Positions 9,004-17,095 of a stretch of DNA of 64,000 nucleotides are shown piece by piece. The notes beneath the pieces were generated by a model. It did no database searches. It saw only the letters and a program-made list of their open reading frames with translations, and was not told where the DNA came from. The DNA is taken from assembly GCA_022842995.1 (NCBI GenBank), contig JALHOM010000003.1, positions 12,659-76,658 on the forward strand. Direction: 5' to 3'. Within the stretch, counting starts at the first letter, position 1. Each line of letters starts with the position of its first letter. The position numbers and the translations under genes were made by a program. The stretch comes from Candidatus Saccharimonadota bacterium (lineage in GTDB: Bacteria; Patescibacteriota; Saccharimonadia; Saccharimonadales; 2-12-FULL-41-12).

Positions 9004-9702
9004 TTATGCCGCGAATAATAGATCGTCAGCTTTTTCAGGCAATTCGAGGGCCCGACCATAGCGCATATACAACTTCAATGGATCATCGTATTGAAAATCC
9101 AGTGCATCTCTTTCGCTTTGCCCATTATCGACGAAATAATTAACCGCCATAGACGTACCGAGTAAACCTGTCAAACTGGCCGGGATGATTATTCCTGGCT
9201 CAAGCCCTCTTAAGCGGTAAGCTACTACACCAGCCGCAACTGCTCCAATGACAGGGATTGCAGCCCGACCAACTTCTTTGAGTTTTTCGTTCGAAGTTCG
9301 ATCATGCCACTGTCTTATATGTTTGAGCTCGTGTGCTCCGCGCATAATAAGACTCTGCGATCCCACGGCAAAATGAGAGTAACCAGCTAAATTTAAATAT
9401 ATGCGGTTTTTACGTGGCGAAACGCTTGCTAGCTCAAGCCTTCCACCGGCAGTGGTCTGAGCTTCATCGTTATAGAGCATAAAATGTGGCATTGGCGCAT
9501 CTGGCCCCATCACGCAACGGACCAAGCCGCGCAATTGTAAGTGGCGTGCATCAGGGGCATCATTATTTGAAAGCCAATCTTTATGCACCCAGACTCTCGG
9601 CAGGTCTGATGGCTTATTTCGGGATCCTATATACTCCTGCGCTTCTAAATCAAGTGGTAAAAGATCGTAATTTTTTTGTATTTTATTTTTTATTTTAATC
9701 AC
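9004..9702 (-). CDS. putative membrane-associated zinc metalloprotease (HExxH)
   Basis: 232 aa with GAHELKH (HExxH) and two hydrophobic segments C-terminal to it. Family not identified. Confidence 0.45.
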   Translation of the reverse strand: MIKIKNKIQKNYDLLPLDLEAQEYIGSRNKPSDLPRVWVHKDWLSNNDAPDARHLQLRGLVRCVMGPDAPMPHFMLYNDEAQTTAGGRLELASVSPRKNRIYLNLAGYSHFAVGSQSLIMRGAHELKHIRQWHDRTSNEKLKEVGRAAIPVIGAVAAGVVAYRLRGLEPGIIIPASLTGLLGTSMAVNYFVDNGQSERDALDFQYDDPLKLYMRYGRALELPEKADDLLFAA

Positions 9703-9748
9703 AATAACATAGATATTACTATATTATTGTTAAAATGTCAATATTTAG

Positions 9749-10675
9749 TTATAGCCAGCGTCTTTTTTTGAAGTAGATTATAAATCCGCTGGTGCTCACG
9801 ACAATCATCAGCACTATGACCCAAAAAGCTTGCTCGCTCTCGGCGAACGGCAATGCCATATTCATACCCCACAGTCCACCAAATATCATCGGCACGCTCA
9901 AAAAAATACCAATCGAGGTCAGGCGTCGGAATGTTTTGTTAAGATTGTTTGTAGCAATCGTGTCATAGGCCTGTCGAATATTCACCAGTGTACGCAAGCG
10001 AGATTTTGTCAGCTCGATTAACTCTGTCGTACCAAGGGTAAGATCTTCCATAAGATCTTGATCATCTTCGTACAACTTCATATAGCGGCCGGTCCGCAGA
10101 CTCGACAATACAGCGGCCTGTGGTTGCAGGGCAGTCAAGAACTCATTGAGGTCTTCCTCGAGCTCGATAAAACTCACAAACTCCAAGTTTGAAATTTCGC
10201 TTTGCCGCAGTTTGCCCCGAATTTGCAATATTCTTTTACTTTCGATAATCATTTGCTTGCGGAAAGACCTATTAACCTGCTCAAGAATCCGCAAGAAAGT
10301 CTTGGTCTTTTGAGTTGTTAGAATCTCGATTTTACCCGTCAAAATCTGGTCTAGCACGGCGTCGGCTTTACGCATAACCGTAATAATATTGTCTTTTGTA
10401 TAGATCACTAAAAGAGGCTCAGTGGCAATATCTTTACCAGCAGGATGACAGTAACGAGTAAAGACGTAAGTGTCCTTATCACTCATCTCGGCACGTGGCG
10501 CTTCGTAAATATCGATCGCGTCGCTCAAAAGATCTCGGTCTAAGTCAAAACTCTTCGCCAGATCGTCGAGCTCATCTTGAGACGGCTGCACAACATGGAT
10601 CCAACTCCCCACTTTGGGTTTGTCGGATTTTGTAAGCAAACGCGAACGAGCCGTACTGTGGTAGTAGGTAATCAT
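9749..10675 (-). CDS. corA: CorA-family magnesium/cobalt transporter
   Basis: 308 aa with two C-terminal TM helices and the GMNM signature (GGLWGMNMALPF). Confidence 0.9.
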   Translation of the reverse strand: MITYYHSTARSRLLTKSDKPKVGSWIHVVQPSQDELDDLAKSFDLDRDLLSDAIDIYEAPRAEMSDKDTYVFTRYCHPAGKDIATEPLLVIYTKDNIITVMRKADAVLDQILTGKIEILTTQKTKTFLRILEQVNRSFRKQMIIESKRILQIRGKLRQSEISNLEFVSFIELEEDLNEFLTALQPQAAVLSSLRTGRYMKLYEDDQDLMEDLTLGTTELIELTKSRLRTLVNIRQAYDTIATNNLNKTFRRLTSIGIFLSVPMIFGGLWGMNMALPFAESEQAFWVIVLMIVVSTSGFIIYFKKRRWL

Positions 10676-10708
10676 AACCTACAGTCTACCCTAATCAAGA
10701 CGCTTATC

Positions 10709-11362
10709 CTAACCTAAAATGCTGACCGATTTGGCGATCACTAGCGCCAGTGTAAATACCGAAATTAAGGCCTGTGACGACATCAGTAGTTTAGCGCTTC
10801 TGGTGAGCGGCTTGGTGTCAGCAGGGGCAAAATTAATTGCGTTAGTGATCGATAAATAGAGGTAATCGACAAACTCTGGCCGCCAGTCGGGATACTCTTT
10901 TTTCATATCTTGTTGAGTAAACTGGAAATCTTTTTCTTGGTCGGACCATCGTCGCCTTGTGAGCCCAGGACTGTCGATCTCCCAATACCAGAGCGCAAAA
11001 ACGATAATATTGGTCACAAAAATGGCGAGAGCCGAGGCGAGTAACTGTAAACCACTCAGCAAAGAGCTACCCGTTATTAATGAATGAAGAACGATAACAA
11101 GCGAGCTTAGGTTAGCTGCCGACAGCAATATCAATAACGCAATAGCCGCCACACGGTGCAAACCGCGATCATGAAACGACCTCAGCCTCAAGCTTAGACT
11201 GACGACACTGATCATCGCCACTTCGGCCAGCAAAATAAACAATTGAACCTGCGTAAAACCGTGATTAACCTGAAATTCAATAAACTGGAGGGCGATAGCA
11301 AAGACAAGAGCGATCTCTGCTTGGATTATTTCTCTTGTTGCTATACGCTGCACTTTTCCCAC
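10709..11362 (-). CDS. polytopic membrane protein (DUF1345-like)
   Basis: 217 aa, 4-5 TM segments. The family assignment is from memory of its general pattern only. Confidence 0.4.
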   Translation of the reverse strand: MGKVQRIATREIIQAEIALVFAIALQFIEFQVNHGFTQVQLFILLAEVAMISVVSLSLRLRSFHDRGLHRVAAIALLILLSAANLSSLVIVLHSLITGSSLLSGLQLLASALAIFVTNIIVFALWYWEIDSPGLTRRRWSDQEKDFQFTQQDMKKEYPDWRPEFVDYLYLSITNAINFAPADTKPLTRSAKLLMSSQALISVFTLALVIAKSVSILG

Positions 11363-11381
11363 CCTCTCAATCTTCCCCGAG

Positions 11382-11783
11382 CTACTTCGGCTCGAGACGT
11401 TCTCTTAACCGAAGAGCCGTCTGTTCGCGTTCTTCATTACTTGGACGCATAAGTTCTGCCTTGGTTGATATATCACCAATATCATCAAGTGGCAAAACGT
11501 GAACATGGGCATGAGCCACCTCAAAACCTTCTACTTTCAGGCCGACTCGCTGGGGCGAGAAAGTATCATCAAGTGCCTGGGAAATCTTTTTTACGACCGC
11601 CATTACCGCCGAATAATCGGGCTCCTCGATCTGGTAAAAATACTCGTAATGACGCTTGGGGATAACCAGGGTGTGACCCTCCCGTATTGCCTCTATATTC
11701 AAAAAAGCCAGCACCTGGTCATCTTCATAAACCTTAACGGACGGGACGATGCCAGCGACAATTTTGCAGAATATACAATCCAT
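11382..11783 (-). CDS. HIT-family nucleotide hydrolase/transferase
   Basis: 133 aa, CIFCKI N-terminus and histidine triad HAHVHVLP. Confidence 0.9.
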   Translation of the reverse strand: MDCIFCKIVAGIVPSVKVYEDDQVLAFLNIEAIREGHTLVIPKRHYEYFYQIEEPDYSAVMAVVKKISQALDDTFSPQRVGLKVEGFEVAHAHVHVLPLDDIGDISTKAELMRPSNEEREQTALRLRERLEPK

Positions 11784-11801
11784 AATTAGTTATATAGTAC
11801 C

Positions 11802-12725
11802 CTATTCGTCATTAGCATTTATAAAAACATAGGCCAGACGACGCCTGAGCTGCAAAGCCTGGACGCGGCGCACCCGTTTACGCACAAACCGCCACATCGG
11901 AAACGATGCCTTAAATGCCGCTACGCCAAGTAGCGCGCCGACAATCTCGTCAAAGACGTAGTGCTCGGCAAAATACACTGTACCAAAGTAGATGGAAGCC
12001 GGATATATCAGCGTAAAATAACGCCATTTTCCTTTAAATAATTGGAATATAAACAAGCAAACAAGCGTTGCATAAGCGGCGTGCAAAGATGGTACAGCCG
12101 CCACTGCGTTAGGCGATATCTGATTATACATGCTTGGGAAATCTTGGACTCCTAGAGCGAACCAGACATCTGAAGAAATACGGCGAACCGGTTCAATAAG
12201 GCCCATATCACTGGACATCCACGGTGGCGCAGCCGGGAAAGCCAAAAAAGTCAGAAATCCAGCAAAAGACATGGCCACAAATGTCATCACGTAGCGCCAG
12301 TAATGCTGTTCCCTGATCTTCCAGATTACGATAGCCAGCACGATCACGATAACGTAGTGCATCATATACATCAGATACATAAGAAAGTCGTACCACTGCA
12401 CTTGCCCATTCCATAAATACTTCTGTAGCTCTAACGTCGGCAAAACCCCGGCGAACATCAGTCTATCGACAGCCGGCATAAACATGTAGTTAACGTTGTT
12501 ATTGAGGTAATCGGCAAAACCCCTAAAGAGGTCGTAAACTGCCATCAAAGCAATGAAAGGCACGAGACGTTTCGTTAATTCCCAAGCCTGACCAAAAACC
12601 ATGCCGATAAAAACAGCTAATATCAAAAGCTTGTCCGGAGTCGGAAAACTCGGAGACTTGGCATATATATAAACCCACCCAAAAGCCCCTAAAAAACCAA
12701 AAATTGGCAAAACACGTCTAACCAT
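11802..12725 (-). CDS. PAP2-superfamily membrane phosphatase/phosphotransferase-like protein
   Basis: 307 aa, polytopic, PSLHAAYA motif region typical of PAP2_3-type proteins. Confidence 0.55.
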   Translation of the reverse strand: MVRRVLPIFGFLGAFGWVYIYAKSPSFPTPDKLLILAVFIGMVFGQAWELTKRLVPFIALMAVYDLFRGFADYLNNNVNYMFMPAVDRLMFAGVLPTLELQKYLWNGQVQWYDFLMYLMYMMHYVIVIVLAIVIWKIREQHYWRYVMTFVAMSFAGFLTFLAFPAAPPWMSSDMGLIEPVRRISSDVWFALGVQDFPSMYNQISPNAVAAVPSLHAAYATLVCLFIFQLFKGKWRYFTLIYPASIYFGTVYFAEHYVFDEIVGALLGVAAFKASFPMWRFVRKRVRRVQALQLRRRLAYVFINANDE

Positions 12726-12746
12726 CAGATAAAAGCCAGTATACCA

Positions 12747-12977
12747 CTATCGCGCTAGCGGTTTGGTGAGTTCTTGGCTCGAACGTTGTATTTCTTTGAA
12801 TTTCACTGAGTCTTCGATTGGCTTATTACTTACAGCAATATCTTCTGCCAGCTCGTCCATGTTTTCATAACTATGCTTGAGGTTATTGAGCTGAGGCATG
12901 ACGGTAGAATCCAGCACATAAACTGGAGTATACGCCACACCGCCAATAAAAATAGTCGCCACAAGAATTTTTATCAC
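12747..12977 (-). CDS. small N-terminally anchored hypothetical protein (76 aa)
   Basis: ORF with an N-terminal TM (ILVATIFIGGVAYTPVYVL), co-directional with and close to the PAP2 gene. Confidence 0.4.
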   Translation of the reverse strand: MIKILVATIFIGGVAYTPVYVLDSTVMPQLNNLKHSYENMDELAEDIAVSNKPIEDSVKFKEIQRSSQELTKPLAR

Positions 12978-13091
12978 TTGGCAATGATAATACCAGATAT
13001 CTAACGAAATAAAAATTGCTTACGCCTGACAATAACTTATTTATGTTTTGTGATATATTGTTTTGTCTGATTTATGTGATATAGTAGTGCA

Positions 13092-13592
13092 ATGATTTCT
13101 CGTGGCAAATGTAGAAAGGCTATTGCCCCTATGGCTTTAGTATTAGGTGGGTCATTGCTGTTTACAGGCAGTGGTAAAACACCGGACGGCCCAGTTCGCT
13201 CTCCTGAAAATATGTCCATAACGGTCGCATCACCTGCCGAGGTATACCTCGTCAGCGCTCCACCTCACACAGTTATGCCATCATTGCCAGACCTTTTCGA
13301 CCAACAATCAGCTCGCTTGCGATGCTTCATATTATCTGGCTCAAAGCTAACACTCCAGTCGACAGGTGTCGAATACACACCAAAACCGCTATCCGGTTTG
13401 GAACCTTATGAATTCTACCTTAGAGAATGCCCCAGTGGCTCGACCGTCGATATTCCAGATACTAGCCTTGACGTACTAGGAATACCATCATTCACCAGAG
13501 ACCTCCATGTTCGAAGGTTCGCCATTACAGTCCAAGGATCCCTCGAGCGAAAACCATTCAAACCCCGAATACCCTTTGGCATCATCTCATAA
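13092..13592 (+). CDS. hypothetical secreted/anchored protein (166 aa)
   Basis: ORF with a hydrophobic N-terminus (AIAPMALVLGGSLLF). No recognised domain. Confidence 0.4.
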   Translation: MISRGKCRKAIAPMALVLGGSLLFTGSGKTPDGPVRSPENMSITVASPAEVYLVSAPPHTVMPSLPDLFDQQSARLRCFILSGSKLTLQSTGVEYTPKPLSGLEPYEFYLRECPSGSTVDIPDTSLDVLGIPSFTRDLHVRRFAITVQGSLERKPFKPRIPFGIIS

Positions 13593-13696
13593 ATTTACTA
13601 TACTAAAGCATCGGCTAAATCCGGAATGTGCGATTTAAAATCCTCAGGTCAAAGATTCAAGATTGGACACTTTTACGGTATAATTACGTTTATTAA

Positions 13697-13870
13697 TGGG
13701 GATTGGCCAAGTGGTAAGGCACATGGTTTTGGTCCTGGCATTCGGGTGAGAACCTCCAGTGGAGGTTTGCAAGGCCGGAAACTGATTTTAAGCTATGCTT
13801 AAAGTAAGTTGAGGCGGGGCCGAGACTCGGCTGAAGCCCGCTTCACCGAGATCGTGGCGAAGAATCAGTA
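13697..13870 (+). ncRNA. tRNA-Gln(UUG)-like 5' portion (acceptor 5' strand, D arm, anticodon arm, variable loop) fused to a ~120-nt structured extension; not a canonical tRNA
   Basis: TGGGGATTGGCCAAGTGGTAAGGCACATGGTTTTGGTCCTGGCATTCGGG is followed by hairpin AACCTCC-agt-GGAGGTT (13751-13767) and further stems. It lacks the T arm and the acceptor 3' strand. TATAAT at 13679-13684 lies 12 nt upstream. The 3' end is uncertain. Confidence 0.5.
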
Positions 13871-13920
13871 AATCAAGATTCGAACCCCCTGCACTTTTAC
13901 GTTATAATTACGATCATTAA

Positions 13921-14055
13921 TGGGGATTGGCCAAGTGGTAAGGCACATGGTTTTGGTCCATGCATTCGGGGTGAAGATTACCTGTGGTAATCTGCAAGGG
14001 AGTCAACTCTTGCAAACTGGTTTTGCAAAGATGTTGCGACGGGGTTGCCGAAGGT
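13921..14055 (+). ncRNA. second tRNA-Gln(UUG)-like 5' portion fused to a homologous but diverged structured extension
   Basis: The first 39 nt are identical to the 13697 copy (46 of the first 49; differences only at 40, 42 and 43). The anticodon stem is intact (CATGG/CCATG). Then hairpin AGATTACC-tgt-GGTAATCT (13975-13993) sits between the same flanks (GGGTGA ... TGCAAGG) as copy 1. TATAAT at 13903-13908. The 3' end is uncertain. Confidence 0.5.
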
Positions 14056-14080
14056 GACTCGAATCCCAAAATTAACATTT

Positions 14081-14194
14081 CATTTTATAACTCTTGGCTC
14101 ATCAGTGGGATGTGGCCAAGTGGTAAGGCACCAGGTTTTGGTCCTGGCATTCGGGGGTTCGAATCCCTCCATCCCAGCCAAGAGTTATAAAATG
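14081..14194. repeat. perfect 19-bp inverted repeat bracketing the intact tRNA-Gln
   Basis: cattttataactcttggct (14081-14099) is the exact reverse complement of agccaagagttataaaatg (14176-14194). The right arm includes the tRNA 3'-terminal AGCCA. Confidence 0.9.
14106..14180 (+). tRNA. tRNA-Gln (anticodon UUG), CCA encoded
   Basis: Manual cloverleaf: TGGGATG/CATCCCA acceptor, GCCAAGTGGTAAGGC D arm, CCAGG-TTTTGGT-CCTGG anticodon arm, CATTC variable loop, GGGGG-TTCGAAT-CCCTC T arm, then GCCA. Close to E. coli tRNA-Gln. Confidence 0.95.
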
Positions 14195-14213
14195 AATCCC
14201 TCATCCCCAGCCA
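14194..14213 (+). other. orphan tRNA-Gln 3' fragment (part of T loop, T-stem 3' strand, acceptor 3' strand, GCCA)
   Basis: gaatccctcATCCCCAgcca compared with the tRNA 3' end gaatccctcCATCCCAgcca. Its acceptor strand ATCCCCA complements TGGGGAT of the two upstream 5' portions, not the intact gene. Confidence 0.75.
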
Positions 14214-14263
14214 AATGCGAGAGTTAATAATCATATCCGACCAACTAAGAAAATCTCAGTACT

Positions 14264-14692
14264 ATGTCACGAAAATTAGATGCTAAAATCCGAGATTGGT
14301 TACCCCATATCTTTATTTGCTACTTTGAATATGAAAGTTTAAACACTCTAGAAATAGTCAAACACACTGGCGGCGTCCTACGAATCCTTGGTGATGCGCA
14401 AACCCAAATTAATGAAATCAACGATGTACTTAATCACTTAGAAGAAAATAATCTATTGAAGTCATCGAGCACAGAAAGAGCGCATTACTTTGGGATAGAC
14501 CTCGAATCGGTAACCTATAAGGTGCTACCAGACTTCATAAAACTCGCCGACGACGTCAGAAATGCCCCACAATCATCTAAAGATGACATCGTTGTAAACT
14601 ATACCGAAAATAACGTGACCTACAATTTTAATATAACGTTTGCAATTGAGAAATTAGCTGAGATTAAGGCAGGATTATTTAATTTTTTGTAG
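14264..14692 (+). CDS. hypothetical protein (142 aa)
   Basis: ORF followed by a clean terminator. No recognised domain. Confidence 0.5.
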   Translation: MSRKLDAKIRDWLPHIFICYFEYESLNTLEIVKHTGGVLRILGDAQTQINEINDVLNHLEENNLLKSSSTERAHYFGIDLESVTYKVLPDFIKLADDVRNAPQSSKDDIVVNYTENNVTYNFNITFAIEKLAEIKAGLFNFL

Positions 14693-14733
14693 CGTCAGAC
14701 CTTCAACACCAGCCACGAGATTTCCAATAGAAA

Positions 14734-14764
14734 AAGACCGTATTGCTATGAAACGGTCTTTTTC
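14734..14764 (+). terminator. rho-independent terminator (A-run/T-run flanked, potentially bidirectional)
   Basis: AAGACCGT-attgctatgaa-ACGGTCTT followed by TTTC; preceded by AAAAA. Confidence 0.7.
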
Positions 14765-14865
14765 TTACGTGAATGCTCGCTAAAAAAATTGTTGGCTCGA
14801 AACTACTAGGTATTTCCAGATCAAGCAAAGTAGACAGATACCCGCATACTGAACTGACCCTAGTC

Positions 14866-15108
14866 TTACAAACCTAATCTGCTAGTTATATCTTCGACTG
14901 CAGTTTGGCCTTGTTCAGTTAAAGAAGTTGCGATCTCGGCTACTCCATCATTAGCAGAAGTAAGTGCTTCAGTTGCGCCGCCTGCAACATCCTGTAATTC
15001 TTGCACTCCAGAGGCTTCACCTAGACCACCGGCAATGTCTCCGATTGATCCCTGTGCTGCATCTGAAGCTCCACTAATTAGGTTTTGTATCGCATCAAAT
15101 AATCCCAT
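14866..15108 (-). CDS. small acidic Ala/Gly-rich protein (80 aa)
   Basis: The ORF sits immediately downstream of the regulator gene (10-nt gap). Low-complexity helical repeats (GASDAAQGSIGDIAGGLGEASG...). Confidence 0.45.
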   Translation of the reverse strand: MGLFDAIQNLISGASDAAQGSIGDIAGGLGEASGVQELQDVAGGATEALTSANDGVAEIATSLTEQGQTAVEDITSRLGL

Positions 15109-15118
15109 ACTATTCTCC

Positions 15119-15424
15119 TTACTTATTAATTACTAAACGCTCAATATTCCTTATTAGGGGCCTGAAATCCTCTGACCTATCGGTAACAAAATAGCGATTC
15201 TCGATACCGCACTCACGGCAGTCTACTAATCCCTCCATTTTAAGAAGCGTTAATTTTTTTGATAGGGTTACAGCATTAATGTCCGTCATCCTTTTAAGCT
15301 CATTGAACGATTTTTCGCCAAAGGTCATCAGTTCGTAAAGAATTAGCACATTACTAGAATCTCCAATGATCTTGGCGATACTTTTAGTTTTAGCAATCTG
15401 TTCTTGACTGTAGATTTTACGCAC
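15119..15424 (-). CDS. winged-helix transcriptional regulator (ArsR/HxlR-like), GTG start
   Basis: 101 aa. ILYELMTFGEKSFNELKRMTDINAVTLSKKLTLLKMEGLV is a helix-turn-helix plus wing pattern. Confidence 0.7.
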   Translation of the reverse strand: MRKIYSQEQIAKTKSIAKIIGDSSNVLILYELMTFGEKSFNELKRMTDINAVTLSKKLTLLKMEGLVDCRECGIENRYFVTDRSEDFRPLIRNIERLVINK

Positions 15425-15462
15425 TAGTTTACTTTGTTTACTAGTTAATAATACTTACTAGT
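15423..15462. promoter_or_regulatory. three palindromic ACTAGT hexamers at exact 17-nt spacing; candidate operator of the adjacent regulator
   Basis: ACTAGT at 15423, 15440 and 15457. The first overlaps the GTG start codon. Confidence 0.4.
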
Positions 15463-15859
15463 ATAGCAACCAAGTGTCGTCTTGCAAAGAACGAACAAGG
15501 GAGGCGCCGATATAATTAACAAAAACAGGTCATGGAAGATACGCGATACCTACAAAATTGATTTCAAGGAAAAGTGCGTATACGAATATTAAGCTAGCGT
15601 ACGAGCGAGTTCTGAAACACAAGAACCGGGGTTACCTGTCTTCATTTTACGCATTAAAAGGTAATTAAACTCATGGCGCTCATTAAACAGTCCTAAGCTA
15701 AAAAGCTCGAGCCAAAAATAAGGCGATAGGATAACCCGGTTCAAATCCCTCTCCGCTAACTAGCGGACCCAGCCGCCACTCTAAACCCTTCCAAACGTTA
15801 GCTACGAGCGGATTTTTGCTACTTATAAAGTTCGAACGTCAGATAAGATTTCAATAACC

Positions 15860-16810
15860 CTACATCGTAACGATCACATTCCCTACCTTCTTGCCGGTGT
15901 CGACTCTTGAGTGGGCTTTTGATATATCATTAATGGTATAAATACTGTCAACAACCGTAATCAGCTTGCCCTGCTCCATGAGCGAGAGGAGTAGTTTGAT
16001 ATCTTCCGACTTTTCGGTTGCTGGACCAGCAAAAATCTTGCCACGAGCACGTATTGTATCGACAAGATTTGCAACAACCAAGCCAGCTCTGCCATTCACC
16101 CCTACCAGACTTTTGGCACCGGCTATTGAAATATTGCCGACAGCATCTAACACGACGTCAAATTTTTTGCCGAGCTTCAGAATATCTTGTTGTTTGTAGT
16201 CAATTACTTCCTGGGCGCCGATCTTTTTTACTAATTGTCGATTAGCGCCACTTGTAACAGCCGTGACGTGAGCACCGAAATATCGCGCTAGTTGAACGGC
16301 ATTTGTACCAACAGCTCCAGAAGCCCCGTTTACCAGCACGTTGTCACCCTTTTTTACGGCCAGTTTGTCCCTGACATAAGACAATGCTGTCGTACCGCCA
16401 AACAACATTCCGGCTGCGTCCTCATGGCTGACTGAATTAGGCTTATGGGCAATACTTTTTATCGGCCTCGTTTTCAAATATTCAGCATGGGAACCCATTT
16501 TGATTCCAGTCATACCGCAGACTTCGTCGCCGACATTAAAGTTCGCGACATTATCGCCAACTTCTTCCACTACTCCAGAGTAAGTGCCGCCGAGTATCTT
16601 TAACCTCGGCTTTGTGATGCCAAATATTAGCCTCGCCGGAAGACCGAAGCCGGCCGGAAATCTCGCGGCGCGAATTCGTGAATCCGCAGCAGTTACCGAT
16701 GTAGCGACAACACGAATTAAAATCTCGTCGTCGTTAATTTTTGGCTTGACCACCTCTTGGATCTGCAAGACTTTGGGGTCGCCATATTTCGTTACCACAG
16801 CTGCCTTCAT
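15860..16810 (-). CDS. NAD(P)H-dependent quinone oxidoreductase / zinc-type alcohol dehydrogenase superfamily (MDR)
   Basis: 316 aa, GroES-like N-terminus and Rossmann GASGAVGTNAVQLA. Confidence 0.85.
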   Translation of the reverse strand: MKAAVVTKYGDPKVLQIQEVVKPKINDDEILIRVVATSVTAADSRIRAARFPAGFGLPARLIFGITKPRLKILGGTYSGVVEEVGDNVANFNVGDEVCGMTGIKMGSHAEYLKTRPIKSIAHKPNSVSHEDAAGMLFGGTTALSYVRDKLAVKKGDNVLVNGASGAVGTNAVQLARYFGAHVTAVTSGANRQLVKKIGAQEVIDYKQQDILKLGKKFDVVLDAVGNISIAGAKSLVGVNGRAGLVVANLVDTIRARGKIFAGPATEKSEDIKLLLSLMEQGKLITVVDSIYTINDISKAHSRVDTGKKVGNVIVTM

Positions 16811-16856
16811 GGCTTGAGTATAACAAACCTTTCTTACTAATCCCCACTCGTTATCA

Positions 16857-17095
16857 GGAATTGGAAATTGGGAATTAGGAATTAGCAGACATGAGTTATG
16901 AGATATGAGTTAAGAGACAAGAGTAGCTCCTAGCTACTAGATGCTAGCGGCTAGCTACAAACTCCTACTCCTTTCGCCGCAGGCGAATCTTAACTCATGA
17001 CTCTTAACTCATGACTCTTTTTAGTCTTTAGTCTTTAAGCTTTAAGCTTTAAGCTTTCAGCTTTTTTCTAATTCCTAATTCCCAATTTCCAAATA
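16857..17095. repeat. ~240-bp composite palindromic element built from short tandem-repeat modules
   Basis: Perfect 25-nt terminal inverted repeats ttggaaattgggaattaggaattag (16861-16885) / ctaattcctaattcccaatttccaa (17068-17092). Inner modules are (atgagtta)n, (tagctac)n and (ttaagct)n, with complementary modules on the other arm. Confidence 0.85.

Noticed and set aside
13872-13889. T-loop-like string agattcgaaccccc at the end of the first tRNA-like unit (and ctcgaatccc at 14058-14067), considered as the missing T arm / 3' exon of a tRNA with an intron.
   Set aside because: No complementary T-stem 5' strand or acceptor 3' strand follows. The same aagattc.. block also precedes copy 1 (13652-13664), so it is more likely part of the repeated promoter/-35 region than a tRNA 3' half. 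A clean split-gene or intron model could not be built.
13984-14227. Track ORFs 13984-14190 and 14045-14227 (+).
   Set aside because: They run straight through the tRNA-Gln gene and the tRNA-like RNAs, so they are spurious.
16857-17095. CRISPR array interpretation of the short-repeat blocks (also 47990-48098, 51150-51305 and 52148-52300).
   Set aside because: The repeats are 7-14 nt, contiguous and without unique spacers of regular length. No cas genes are present. Two blocks lie in frame inside a CDS.
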